Source of the DNA: Pirellulales bacterium
GTDB taxonomy: Bacteria > Planctomycetota > Planctomycetia > Pirellulales > Thermoguttaceae
Direction: 5' to 3'
DNA: 64,000 nt
NCBI GenBank assembly: GCA_016931995.1
Contig: JAFGDS010000102.1
Span: 1-64,000, forward strand
The position numbers and the translations under genes are program-made. The notes beneath the pieces are model-generated. The model ran no database searches, was not told where the DNA came from, and saw nothing but the letters and a program-made list of their open reading frames with translations. Positions 36,632-46,102 of this stretch are shown piece by piece (the stretch's first letter is position 1; the number at the start of each line of letters is the position of its first letter).

Positions 36632-37645
36632 ATGACAACGCATTTTTCAGCCTGCCGGAAACGATCCCGCGCGGCGTTCGCGCCGGCGCGGGTCGTTTCG
36701 ACGATTGGAATCGTTGTCGGCCTTTTGCTCCTTGCCCCAACGAACGCGGCCGCCGCCGGACCGGTCGACGACGCGCCGGGCGCGCCGGTTTCCAGCGCGG
36801 CGTCAAGCGAGGCGGGTTCATTCCCGCGGACGGGAGAGTCGGGACAATCCGCGCGGGACGAGCTGCCCGGCGGCTGGTCGGCGTGGGTGGACCAGATCGC
36901 GCCTTATCGAACCAAGATCAGAGCCGCCATCGCCGTCGGCGTGGCTGCCGTGTTGGCGCTGCTGGCGCGGGGACAAAGCAAGAAAGCCCGCTGGCGGGCG
37001 GCAGTCAAGAAAGGGCGTCTGACGGCTCGTCAGGAACGCTTTCTCGACGCCCCGGCGATCCCGCCGGTCGTCCATCACACCGCCGCCGAGGTGGAAGCCG
37101 CGGTCCAGGCCGCCGTGGAACCTGGCAAGCCAGAGCCCGTCCCGGTTGGCCAGCGACCGGCCGACGCGCCGTCGCCGGACGAAACCGGCGACGTTCGAGC
37201 GGCGGGCGACGTGGCGGGCGACGCGGCGCCGGGCCAACGGCCGACGATCCTTTGCATCGACGACGATCCGGAGGTCTCCCGCTCGCTGGCCGTCCGCCTA
37301 CGTCCCTACGGCGTCGACGTCCTCCGCGCGTTCAGCGGCATGCAGGGCTTCTGGATGGCCCTGAACTCCCGACCCGACGTCATCATCACCGACCTGAAAA
37401 TGCCCGACGGCCAAGGCGACTACGTCTTCTCCCGCCTGAAGAACCATTCCCTGACCAAGGACACGCCGATCATCGTTTTGACCGGCTACGCCAATCCAGG
37501 GCACAAGCGCGAGATGCTCAGCGCGGGCGTGACCAACTATTTCACGAAACCTTGGGACTTCGACGAGTTGCTCCGGGAGCTTCGAAGCCACATCGACCTG
37601 CCCTCCTCGCCGTTGGACCTCGACGCCGCCGTCCATTCCGCCTGA
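36632..37645 (+). CDS. Membrane/periplasm-anchored receiver-domain protein, paralog of 35779-36231
   Basis: N-terminal signal/TM (VVSTIGIVVGLLLLAPTNAAAAG), second TM, acidic/Pro-rich linker, C-terminal receiver ILCIDDDPEVSRSLAVRLRPYGVDVLRAFSGMQG..VIITDLKMPDGQG..IIVLTG..TKP. Confidence 0.75.
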   Translation: MTTHFSACRKRSRAAFAPARVVSTIGIVVGLLLLAPTNAAAAGPVDDAPGAPVSSAASSEAGSFPRTGESGQSARDELPGGWSAWVDQIAPYRTKIRAAIAVGVAAVLALLARGQSKKARWRAAVKKGRLTARQERFLDAPAIPPVVHHTAAEVEAAVQAAVEPGKPEPVPVGQRPADAPSPDETGDVRAAGDVAGDAAPGQRPTILCIDDDPEVSRSLAVRLRPYGVDVLRAFSGMQGFWMALNSRPDVIITDLKMPDGQGDYVFSRLKNHSLTKDTPIIVLTGYANPGHKREMLSAGVTNYFTKPWDFDELLRELRSHIDLPSSPLDLDAAVHSA

Positions 37646-37739
37646 TCGCGGCGCTTCGCCCGTCGCGTCGGGTCCGCACGGGGTGCCCGACGCCTCGTCG
37701 GCGGATTCTCCGCTCGGCGCAACGCGCGTGGACGAATCG

Positions 37740-38768
37740 CTACAGCCCCCGCGCGGCGCGGATGTCGGCGAAGTCGCGGAGGTGGTAGTCGATCCGGACG
37801 TAGTCCAGCACGCGGCACAATGCCCGCAGGGCGACGCCCATGCCGTCCGGGCCGCTGAAGCCGCCGAACTGGCCGCCGCCCTTGACGTGCGGCTCCAGAT
37901 CGACAAACACGCCGGGCACGCCGCGGCGGCGGAGCTTGCGCTCGAGCTTGGGCAGGTGCTCGCGGAACTCGAGGAAAAGACGCTCGTGGGAGCTGTCGCC
38001 CCGGTCGGCCGGCACGAAGTTGGCCAGCGTGTCCTCGTTCACCGGCTCGCCGCGGCGGACGGGTTGCGGGTGGTGGTAGTCCTTGACGTGCATCCAGCCC
38101 AGCCCCGGCAGCATCGCGCGGAACTGCTCCAGAAGCTCGTCCGCCGTGTAGCCCTGCACGACGAGATTCGCCGCGTCGAACACGAGCACCATGGCCGGGT
38201 GGTTCACCTTGCGGTGGATCTCGGCCAAGAGATGCCCGGTCTCGCCAACCAGGTTCGGCTCCACCTCGAGCCCGAACGTGAGATCGGAGCGATGGCACGT
38301 CTCGGCCACTTGGCCCAACTGGTCCACGGCCTGGGCCACGTGCTCGCGGGGGTCGGTCCCGCGGGGATGGTAGAACGAAAACCCGCGGATCAGCTTGCAC
38401 TCCAGGGCGTGGGCCAACTCGCAGGCTTTCTGCACGTCTTGGGCGAGATACTTCTCGAACGGGACAAAGGCGTTTCGGGTGCCGTCCGCCACGTCGCGGA
38501 GCTTCACCTTGCCCAGCGGCGAGCCGATCGACGAGACGTTCAGCCCGTAGTCGTTTTGGAGCGAGCGGACCTTTTGGATCTCGGACTTGGTGAGCTTCAT
38601 GACGTTTTTGGGTCCCCCGCCGACGTCGATGAAGCGAACGCTGTAGTATTGGAGCCCCAGCGCGGCGAAGGCGGCAAACTGCTCTTCGGCCGCCTTGCGG
38701 CTCTGGTCGGTGGGGTGGGCGGCCTCGTCGGCAAAGCCCGAGAGAATGACGCGCGGCGTGTCAGACAT
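37740..38768 (-). CDS. Sugar phosphate isomerase/epimerase (xylose-isomerase-like TIM barrel)
   Basis: Start MSDTPRVILSGFADE. Overall TIM-barrel sugar isomerase-like composition (EVEPNLVGETGHLLAEIHRKVNHPAMVLVFDAANL). Family call moderate. Confidence 0.7.
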   Translation of the reverse strand: MSDTPRVILSGFADEAAHPTDQSRKAAEEQFAAFAALGLQYYSVRFIDVGGGPKNVMKLTKSEIQKVRSLQNDYGLNVSSIGSPLGKVKLRDVADGTRNAFVPFEKYLAQDVQKACELAHALECKLIRGFSFYHPRGTDPREHVAQAVDQLGQVAETCHRSDLTFGLEVEPNLVGETGHLLAEIHRKVNHPAMVLVFDAANLVVQGYTADELLEQFRAMLPGLGWMHVKDYHHPQPVRRGEPVNEDTLANFVPADRGDSSHERLFLEFREHLPKLERKLRRRGVPGVFVDLEPHVKGGGQFGGFSGPDGMGVALRALCRVLDYVRIDYHLRDFADIRAARGL

Positions 38769-39099
38769 GATCGTTTCCCATAGCAGTGGGGTGGTCGTCG
38801 TGACGGAGAGAGACCCTGCCGATGCCCCGGAGTCTCGCCTGGGCGAGCTGGCACGCGGCGCCGGCCTGTATTGTGGGCCACCCGGGCGAAGTGGACAAGG
38901 GGACGCCCCCGGAGCCCCCCGCTGGCAAACGCCGGGGGGCTGTACGGAATTGCGTGACAAGCAATGTGGCACGGCCATCCTGGCCGTGTTTCACATAAAC
39001 TCACACTGGCCCACTGCCGGGATCATCGGTGCGGAAGGGGATCGGGACGGTCCCCCGGCGCGGAAATTGATCCCGTCCCCCCGTTTGCCAGGCCGCTGT

Positions 39100-39293
39100 G
39101 GGTCAGTATAATCCATTTTGCTACACCGAACGCTCGCTGGCATCCGTAGCGGCACTGTCAGCACGGACTGAGCACTCCAACCTGGGTAGACCCCCGAAAT
39201 ACCGGGCTGCCCCGGGGTGGGGTGTTTTTTGTTGGACGGGGGGCGAACGTCGACGGTACGTAACGCCCGCTTCACCCGAGGAGGGCTTCCCTG
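39100..39293 (+). promoter_or_regulatory. Putative promoter (TATAAT at about 39107) plus about 180-nt structured leader with a GC-rich stem and T6 run (candidate attenuator/riboswitch-like element) upstream of the aminotransferase gene
   Basis: GGTCAGTATAATCC; CCCCGAAATACCGGGCTGCCCCGGGGTGGGGTGTTTTTTG about 60 nt before the GAGGAGGG RBS and ATG at 39294. Confidence 0.35.
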
Positions 39294-40670
39294 ATGGCGG
39301 AAACCAAGAGCCAAGAGTTGATCCCCCGCGACGTGCCCGCGGTGCGCACGAAGTACCGCCGGATCCAGACGCCCATCCCCGTGCCGGAGTCGATACCGAT
39401 CCTCCAACAGCTTCGCGCCCACGAGCCCCGGTCGATGAGCGGCCAGCCGCTGGTGGTCTGGGATCGGGCCGAGGGCTACCAGGTGTTCGACCGCTGGGGA
39501 AACTGCTGGATCGACTGGTCCAGCGGGGTATTGGTGACCAACGTCGGTCACAACCATCCGGCGGTCGCCCAGGCCATCACCGACCAGGTGAACCACGGGC
39601 TGGTGCACAACTACTGCTTCCCGTCGGAGATCCGCGCGAAGCTGGTCAAGCGGCTCGCCCGTGCGGCGCCGGAGGGCCTGGGCAAGGTGTTTTTGCTGAC
39701 CACGGGCTCCGAGGCGGTCGAGTGCGCGATCAAGCTCGCCCGGACCTGGGGTCCCACGGTCGGCCCGCCCGAGAAGATCGCCGTCGTGACGTTCGACAAC
39801 GCCTTCCACGGCCGGACGCTGGGCTCGCAGATGGCCGGCGGGATCCCCGCGCTGAAGAACTGGATCGTCCATCTGGACCCCGACCTCGTTCAGGCGCCCT
39901 TCCCCGACGGCTTTCGCGGCGGGCCGGACACGAGCTTCGACGTGTTTCTCAACACACTGGTGGCCAAGGGCGTTCGGCCCGAGCGCGTGGCCGGCGTGAT
40001 GACCGAGACCTACCAGGGCGGCAACGCCAGCTTTGCCCCGCCGGAGTACATCCAAAAGCTCCGGGCGTGGTGCGACGAGCACAAGGCCCTGCTCATTTTC
40101 GACGAGGTGCAGGCCGGATTCGGCCGGACGGGCCGGTATTGGGGATTCGAGCACTACGGCGTCGTGCCAGACTTGATCTGCTGCGGCAAGGGCATCACCA
40201 GCGGAATGCCGCTTTCGGCGGTGATCGGGCGGGATGACGTGATGGATCTCTATCCGCCAGGGTCGATGACCTCGACCCATACGGGCAATCCCGTCTGCGC
40301 GGCCGCCGCGCTGGCCAGCCTCGACGTGATCGACGCGGAGAACCTGGTCGAAGCCGCGCAGCGCAAGGGCGAGATCCTGCAAGCGGAGCTGCGGCGGATC
40401 GGCGGGCGGTTTCCCGAGCGGGTCGGCGCGGTGCACGGCCGAGGGCTCGTGGCCGCGCTGCACGTGGTCCAGCCCGGCGGCATTGAGCCCGATCCGGACA
40501 CGGCCAGCCGGATCGTCCTGCGATGCGTGGAGAAGGGCCTGTTGATGTTCGCCCCGGTGGGCTACGCGGGGGCGTCGGTCAAAGTGGCCCCGCCCCTGGT
40601 CATTCCCGAGGAACCGCTGCGCGAAAGCCTCGCCGTGCTGGAAGAAGCCTGCCAGGAGGTAATGGGATGA
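39294..40670 (+). CDS. Class III (PLP-dependent) aminotransferase
   Basis: 458 aa. GxGSEAVE.AIKLAR, DEVQAGFGRTG, PLP-lysine region ICCGKGITSG. Confidence 0.9.
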   Translation: MAETKSQELIPRDVPAVRTKYRRIQTPIPVPESIPILQQLRAHEPRSMSGQPLVVWDRAEGYQVFDRWGNCWIDWSSGVLVTNVGHNHPAVAQAITDQVNHGLVHNYCFPSEIRAKLVKRLARAAPEGLGKVFLLTTGSEAVECAIKLARTWGPTVGPPEKIAVVTFDNAFHGRTLGSQMAGGIPALKNWIVHLDPDLVQAPFPDGFRGGPDTSFDVFLNTLVAKGVRPERVAGVMTETYQGGNASFAPPEYIQKLRAWCDEHKALLIFDEVQAGFGRTGRYWGFEHYGVVPDLICCGKGITSGMPLSAVIGRDDVMDLYPPGSMTSTHTGNPVCAAAALASLDVIDAENLVEAAQRKGEILQAELRRIGGRFPERVGAVHGRGLVAALHVVQPGGIEPDPDTASRIVLRCVEKGLLMFAPVGYAGASVKVAPPLVIPEEPLRESLAVLEEACQEVMG

Positions 40671-41905
40671 GCGCGATGGACGTCACGATCGTCGGCGGCG
40701 GGATGATCACCCACGATCAGCTCTTGCCGTCGATCTACCACATGCAACGCCGCGGCGAGGTGGACGCGATCCGCGTCTGCGCGCTCAATTCCGCGCCGTT
40801 GAAATCGCTGGCCGCCGCGCCGGATCTGGTCGAGGCGTTTCCGGGCCAATCGTTCGAGGCCCATCCCGGGCTCGACTCGCCGGAGGACCGCGCCGAATCC
40901 GACGCGTACCGCGAGGTGATCGCCACCATGCGACCACGCAACCTCGTGGTCGTGGCCGTGCCGGACCATTTTCACGATCCGGTGATCCGCTTCGCCCTGG
41001 AAAACGACCAGCACGTCCTGACCGTCAAACCGCTGGTGCTCTACCACGAGCAGGCGGTGGCGATCGAGGAGCTTGCCCGGGAGCGGGGCCTCTTCGTGGG
41101 CGTGGAATACCACAAGCGGTTCGACCGCCGTTCGCTCGAAGCGCGGCGGCAATACCGCGCGGGCCGGCTGGGCGAGTTCCGCTGCGGCGAGTGCAAGCTC
41201 GTCGAGCCGTACTACTATCGCCACTCGAACTTCCAGAACTGGTTCACCAAGGAGAACACCGACCCCTTCACGTACGTCGGCTGCCATTACGTCGATCTGG
41301 TGTACTTCATCACCGGCCTCAGGCCGGTCGAGGTGGCCGTCCGCGGCGTCGAAGGAACGTTTCCCAACGGCATGCGGGGCTACCTGTGGTCGGTGGGCCA
41401 GGTCGTTTGGGAGAACGGGGCGGTGCTCGGCGTGCTCAACGGGCTGGGCTATCCCGATCAGGGACCCGGCACGAACGACCAGGGCTTGTGCCTGTACGGC
41501 GAAGGGCCCGACCGTGGAACGATCCTCAAACACGACGACCAGTTCCGCGGATGCAGCTACGGCTACGCGGACCAGGCGGCCGGCGCGGCCTTCCGGTTCA
41601 TCAATCCCGACTATTTCCGCCTGGTGCCCTGGGCCGGCGAGGGGTTGCGGCCGATCGGCTACGGGTTCGACTCGGTCGAGGCCAACGTCCACGCGGCCGT
41701 CCAGGTCAACGCGGCGGGCGACGACCTGGCCGCGCGGCGGCGCGTGCTGGCCGAGATCGACCGCCGCGGGCTCGTGGCCACGCCGGCCAACAGCGCGATC
41801 AACGAGCTGGTCATCGAGGCCGTCCGCCTCTCCATCACCTCCGACGGCGCCCCGGCCGCGATCCGCCACGAGAACCCCCGACAGGGGGTGCTTCCTCGGC
41901 AATAA
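40667..41905 (+). CDS. Gfo/Idh/MocA-family NAD(P)-dependent oxidoreductase
   Basis: ATGA overlap with the aminotransferase stop. N-terminal Rossmann VTIVGGGMI. Family-typical EYHKRF. Start at MSAMDV. Confidence 0.85.
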   Translation: MSAMDVTIVGGGMITHDQLLPSIYHMQRRGEVDAIRVCALNSAPLKSLAAAPDLVEAFPGQSFEAHPGLDSPEDRAESDAYREVIATMRPRNLVVVAVPDHFHDPVIRFALENDQHVLTVKPLVLYHEQAVAIEELARERGLFVGVEYHKRFDRRSLEARRQYRAGRLGEFRCGECKLVEPYYYRHSNFQNWFTKENTDPFTYVGCHYVDLVYFITGLRPVEVAVRGVEGTFPNGMRGYLWSVGQVVWENGAVLGVLNGLGYPDQGPGTNDQGLCLYGEGPDRGTILKHDDQFRGCSYGYADQAAGAAFRFINPDYFRLVPWAGEGLRPIGYGFDSVEANVHAAVQVNAAGDDLAARRRVLAEIDRRGLVATPANSAINELVIEAVRLSITSDGAPAAIRHENPRQGVLPRQ

Positions 41906-42041
41906 CGCTGCCAACGACTCCCCCCTTCTTCGACCTATAGTTAAGAAGAGACAACGCCGAAGGTGGTCCCGTTCTCATTGAAACGAGAACCCGGGGTGGT
42001 CTCATCGCCCGCGCAAACGGGGGGAACGGAAAGGGGCGGCC

Positions 42042-43403
42042 TTGTTGACCTTCTTGTTGTTGATGATCGTCCTGCTGAACGTGTGCCTTGGCGTCGTGCT
42101 GGCGGTAAGGCTCGGCGTGGGGCCACCAACGGTCCGCGACGCCTGGGACATGTTTCTGGAGGGCGGTCCGCCGATCTGGCAACGAGCCGAGCGCGAGCTT
42201 CCCGCCGAGTTGGCGACGATGCTCCAGGAGACCGGCTCCTCCGATCTGGCGATGCTCGAGGAATCCTCCCTGGAAGACCTCTTCGAGGAGGTGTTCGAGG
42301 AGGCCCAGGAGCAGCCTCAGGACGTGCGGCCGGTGGAGGAAACGGCCCAGAGCGAGACGGAAGGGCCGGAGATCTGGGACCTCAACGAGAAGTACGTCGA
42401 GACGTCGATCCTGCGGCTGAACGTTGCCATGATAAAAAGCGGCGCCCGGGCGACCGAGATCGACACGACCCTGCGCTCCGTTCGCGGAAAGAGCGACGCC
42501 GAGACCATCCAAACGTGCCTTCGCAAGCTCAAGGAGGACTGCGAAACCTACCTTAAGGAACAAAGCGAGGCGGCGGAGAAACTACACAACCGGCTGGGCG
42601 AGTTCGGCGAGCTGGCCGCGTTGGCCGAGGAGATCGAGTTCGCGAATATGGAGCAGGCGGCCCAGATCGAGACGACCGTCAACAACCTGACGCACATGGA
42701 CTTCGAATCGGACCTCGAGGAAGCCAACGTCCGGCTGCTCGGCGAGTTGAGCCACCTGCGTCTGGCGCGCCATCGGCTGCGCGAGGGCCAGGACGAGGCG
42801 TTTCTGGCCGTGGCCCGCTACCAGGACCGCCTGGACAAGATCGAACCCAAGCTGTTTAACGACTCGCTCACCAAACTCTACGGCCGCATCGGCCTCGAGG
42901 TGACGCTCGATCATTGGTGGAAGGCGGGTCAATTGCGCAGCCGACAGATGAATGCCGCCATGGTGGATCTCGACGGCTTCACGGCCATCAACGACCACTA
43001 CGGCCTTCTGGCCAGCGACAAAATCCTCCACCAGTTCGCCCGGATCCTCGAACAGCAAAAGGGAACGGGCGATCTGGTGGGACGGTTCGCGGGGCAGCGG
43101 TTTCTGCTCGTGGCCGTGGACGTCGGTCCGCGGGCGATGATCAAGAAGGTGGAACAGTTGCGGCAGCAGTTCGAGAAGACCACCTTTCTGTACGCCGGCC
43201 AGGAGATACGCCTTTCGCTGCGAGCGGCCGTGACCGAGGTGAAGCCCGACGACGCGCCGGCGGGGCTCTTCAAGCGGCTAAACGACACTCTGGCGGCCGC
43301 GAGGAAAGCCGGCCCGAATCAGGCCTTCGAGCACGACGGACGCGCCGTCAAACCCATCGAGGCGCCAAGCCTGAAAACCGATCCCGTGGAGATCTGTCTG
43401 TAG
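42042..43403 (+). CDS. Membrane-anchored coiled-coil GGDEF-domain protein with a degenerate active-site motif (AGQRF in place of GG[DE]EF)
   Basis: TTG start in the ORF track (alternative ATG at 42060). N-terminal TM. Acidic/coiled-coil middle. GGDEF fold VDLDGFTAINDHYGLLASDKILHQFARIL..GDLVGRFAGQRFLLV. Confidence 0.8.
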   Translation: MLTFLLLMIVLLNVCLGVVLAVRLGVGPPTVRDAWDMFLEGGPPIWQRAERELPAELATMLQETGSSDLAMLEESSLEDLFEEVFEEAQEQPQDVRPVEETAQSETEGPEIWDLNEKYVETSILRLNVAMIKSGARATEIDTTLRSVRGKSDAETIQTCLRKLKEDCETYLKEQSEAAEKLHNRLGEFGELAALAEEIEFANMEQAAQIETTVNNLTHMDFESDLEEANVRLLGELSHLRLARHRLREGQDEAFLAVARYQDRLDKIEPKLFNDSLTKLYGRIGLEVTLDHWWKAGQLRSRQMNAAMVDLDGFTAINDHYGLLASDKILHQFARILEQQKGTGDLVGRFAGQRFLLVAVDVGPRAMIKKVEQLRQQFEKTTFLYAGQEIRLSLRAAVTEVKPDDAPAGLFKRLNDTLAAARKAGPNQAFEHDGRAVKPIEAPSLKTDPVEICL

Positions 43404-43465
43404 CCGGTCTCTCGAGACCCCGCGCGCCGCGCGAACCGAGCCCACGACGTTGTCAGGAGTCCGCG

Positions 43466-44806
43466 ATGTTTGACGAAATCGATCTCTTCCACCGCGGCGT
43501 GGCGCTGCAAGAGAAGAACGAGCACGAACGCGCCGTCGAGATGTTCACGAGGGTGCTCGACATCAACTCGAGGTACACCGAGGCCTACTACAGCCGCGGC
43601 AACGTCTTCGAGGCGTTGGGCCACCACGACAAAGCCATCGCGGACTACAACGCCGTCCTGCGCTATAGCCCCAACGAAGCGGTCGCCTACTACAACCGCG
43701 CCGTGGCCTACGGAAAAAAGGGCGATCGCAAACAGGCCATGGCCGACTACGCCGAAGCCCTTCGCCTCGAACCGAAGTACGCCTTGGCTCTCTTCAACCG
43801 GGCGCAACTCCACCTCAAGATGGGCAACACCGACGCCGCGCTGGACGACCTGAACGCCGCCGTCGCCGCCAACCCAAAGGAAGCCGACGCCTACGTCTTG
43901 CGCGGGCTTATCCGCGCCGGGCAGGGTCGCCTCAAGGACGCCATCGCCGATTACGACGCGGCGCTGCGCGTCGACCCAAAACACTGCGAGGCGCACGGCA
44001 ACCGCGGCAACGCCTTCGAGAGTCTCGGCGACAAGGCGAAGGCCGTGGCGTGTTACGGCGAGGTGATACGACTGGCGCCGAAGGACGCGAAGGCCTACAC
44101 AAACCGGGCGCGGGTGCATCTGGACGCCGGCCGCTTCGACCAGGCCATCGCCGACTACACCGAAGCCATCCGCCTCCATCCCAAGGAGGCCCGACCCTAC
44201 GTGAACCGGAGCCTGGCCTACTCGAGACAACGCCACTTCGACAAGGCCATCGCGGACTGCCAGGAAGCCGTGCGCCTGGAGCCCCGCAATCTCGACGCCT
44301 ACTTGTGTCTTGGCGCCGCGTTGGCCGGCAAGGGCCTCCGCGAGGAAGCCATCGCAACCTACGACAAGGCGATCGGCCTCGATCCGGCCTGCAAACGCGC
44401 GTATTACAATCGCGGCGTCGCCAATGGCCTCCTGGGACGCGTCGAGGCCGCCGTCGCCGATTACACCAAAGTCCTGGAAATCGACCCCAACGACGGCAAG
44501 GTCCTCTGCCACCGCGGCGTCGCCGCGACCAAGGCCGGACGGCTCGACGACGCCATCGCCGATTACGCCAAGGCCATCCAGATCGACCCCAAAAACGCCA
44601 AAGCCTACTACAACCGCGGGTTGGTCTACCGCATCCAAAACGACAACGTGCGGGCCGTGGCCGACCTGACCGAGGCCATCCGCCTCGAACCCGACCACCA
44701 CCTCGCCTACCAAAACCGCGCCATGGCCTACGACAAGCTGGGCGACCGGTCGGCGGCCAAAAAAGACCTGCTCAAGGTGAAGGAACTCCGCGCCGCCCGG
44801 GCGTGA
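43466..44806 (+). CDS. TPR-repeat protein (about 13 tandem TPRs)
   Basis: AGGAG RBS. Recurrent 34-residue units (AIADYxxAIRLxPKxAxAYxNRGxAY). Start at MFDEIDLF; the upstream part of the long ORF is rejected. Confidence 0.9.
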   Translation: MFDEIDLFHRGVALQEKNEHERAVEMFTRVLDINSRYTEAYYSRGNVFEALGHHDKAIADYNAVLRYSPNEAVAYYNRAVAYGKKGDRKQAMADYAEALRLEPKYALALFNRAQLHLKMGNTDAALDDLNAAVAANPKEADAYVLRGLIRAGQGRLKDAIADYDAALRVDPKHCEAHGNRGNAFESLGDKAKAVACYGEVIRLAPKDAKAYTNRARVHLDAGRFDQAIADYTEAIRLHPKEARPYVNRSLAYSRQRHFDKAIADCQEAVRLEPRNLDAYLCLGAALAGKGLREEAIATYDKAIGLDPACKRAYYNRGVANGLLGRVEAAVADYTKVLEIDPNDGKVLCHRGVAATKAGRLDDAIADYAKAIQIDPKNAKAYYNRGLVYRIQNDNVRAVADLTEAIRLEPDHHLAYQNRAMAYDKLGDRSAAKKDLLKVKELRAARA

Positions 44807-44963
44807 GAGCGTGTTGGGAAACGCGTTTCGGCTGCCGCAGGCGTGCCTCTGCTGGCTTGTCCAGCAGTGTTTCTCCCGCGGAATCGATCCTTTTCTCCCG
44901 CGGGATTCGCCGGGCACTGCTGGACAAGCCAGCAGTGGCGCCCAATTTCAAAACGCGTTCTCA
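44806..44963. repeat. Repeat family B copy 1: about 158-bp MITE-like element with terminal inverted repeats (GAGCGTGTT..AACGCGTTCTC) and internal inverted repeat CTGCTGGCTTGTCCAGCAG / CACTGCTGGACAAGCCAGCAGTG
   Basis: About 90% identical to 52312-52468 in opposite orientation. Confidence 0.65.
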
Positions 44964-45099
44964 AACAACGCCGCCCGCCGCCCCACCCCCTCGGGCCTCT
45001 TTACTTTTCCGGTCGCGCGGGAAACAATGAAGCCCACGAGCCGCCGCGGACGGGCGCGCGGTCGCGATCCAACAACAGCCCTCGTGGGAGGTCCCAGCC

Positions 45100-46095
45100 A
45101 TGCAACAACGCGCTTTGGGCGGCTCGGGCATCGAGGCGTCGGTCATTGGGTTGGGTACCTGGGCGACCGGCGGATGGATGTGGGGCGGCACGGATGAAGC
45201 CGACGCCGTCCGCGCCATTCACGCCAGCCTGGACCACGGCGTCAACCTCATCGACACCGCGCCCATGTACGGCTTCGGGCGGTCCGAGGAGTTGGTTGGC
45301 CGCGCGATCGCCGGGCGGCGCGACGAGGTCGTGCTGGCCACCAAATGCGGCCTGGTTTGGGGTGGTCCCGACCGCGGCGAGTTCTTCTTCCATTCCAGCC
45401 AGAGCAGCCTCACCGCCGAGCCGTCCCGGTGGAAGGTCTACCGCTACCTGCATCCCGACTCCATCCGCGAGGAGCTCGAAGCAAGTCTCCGGCGGCTGGG
45501 GACCGACCACGTCGACCTCTACCAGACGCACTGGCAGGACTCCACCACGCCCATCGACGACACGATGGCCGCGCTGGTGAAGCTCCGCGAGGTGGGCAAG
45601 ATCCGCGCGATTGGCGTCTCCAACGTCTCGCTCGCGCAGTTGCGCGAGTACGGCCAGGTCGATGCGGCGCAGGAAAAATACAGCATGTTGGACCGGCAGC
45701 TCGAGGAAAACGGCATTCTCGAACACTGCCGCGCCGAGGGCATCGCCGTGTTGGCCTATTCGCCCCTGGCCGGCGGACTGCTGACCGGCGCGATCGGGCC
45801 GGACCGCACGTTCCCCGAGGGCGACCTGCGGCGCGGCCAGGAACGCTACTCGGTCGAAAACCGCCGGCGGATCAAGGCCATGCTCGACGAGTTCGAGCCG
45901 ATCGCCCGGGCGCGCGGCCTGAGCCTCGGCCAGTTGGTCGTCGCCTGGACGTTCTCCCAGCCGGGGGTAACCCACGTGCTCTGCGGTGCCCGGCGCGAGC
46001 GCCACGCCTTGGAAAACGCCGCCGCCGGCGCCGCCCAACTCTCCGCCGACGAACTGACCCAGATGGGCCAAATCCTCCAGCGCGCCGACGTGTAG
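45100..46095 (+). CDS. Aldo/keto reductase family oxidoreductase
   Basis: MQQRALGGSGIEASVIGLGTW..GVNLIDTAPMYG..DHVDLYQTHW. Confidence 0.9.
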   Translation: MQQRALGGSGIEASVIGLGTWATGGWMWGGTDEADAVRAIHASLDHGVNLIDTAPMYGFGRSEELVGRAIAGRRDEVVLATKCGLVWGGPDRGEFFFHSSQSSLTAEPSRWKVYRYLHPDSIREELEASLRRLGTDHVDLYQTHWQDSTTPIDDTMAALVKLREVGKIRAIGVSNVSLAQLREYGQVDAAQEKYSMLDRQLEENGILEHCRAEGIAVLAYSPLAGGLLTGAIGPDRTFPEGDLRRGQERYSVENRRRIKAMLDEFEPIARARGLSLGQLVVAWTFSQPGVTHVLCGARRERHALENAAAGAAQLSADELTQMGQILQRADV

Positions 46096-46102
46096 CCCGC
46101 GG

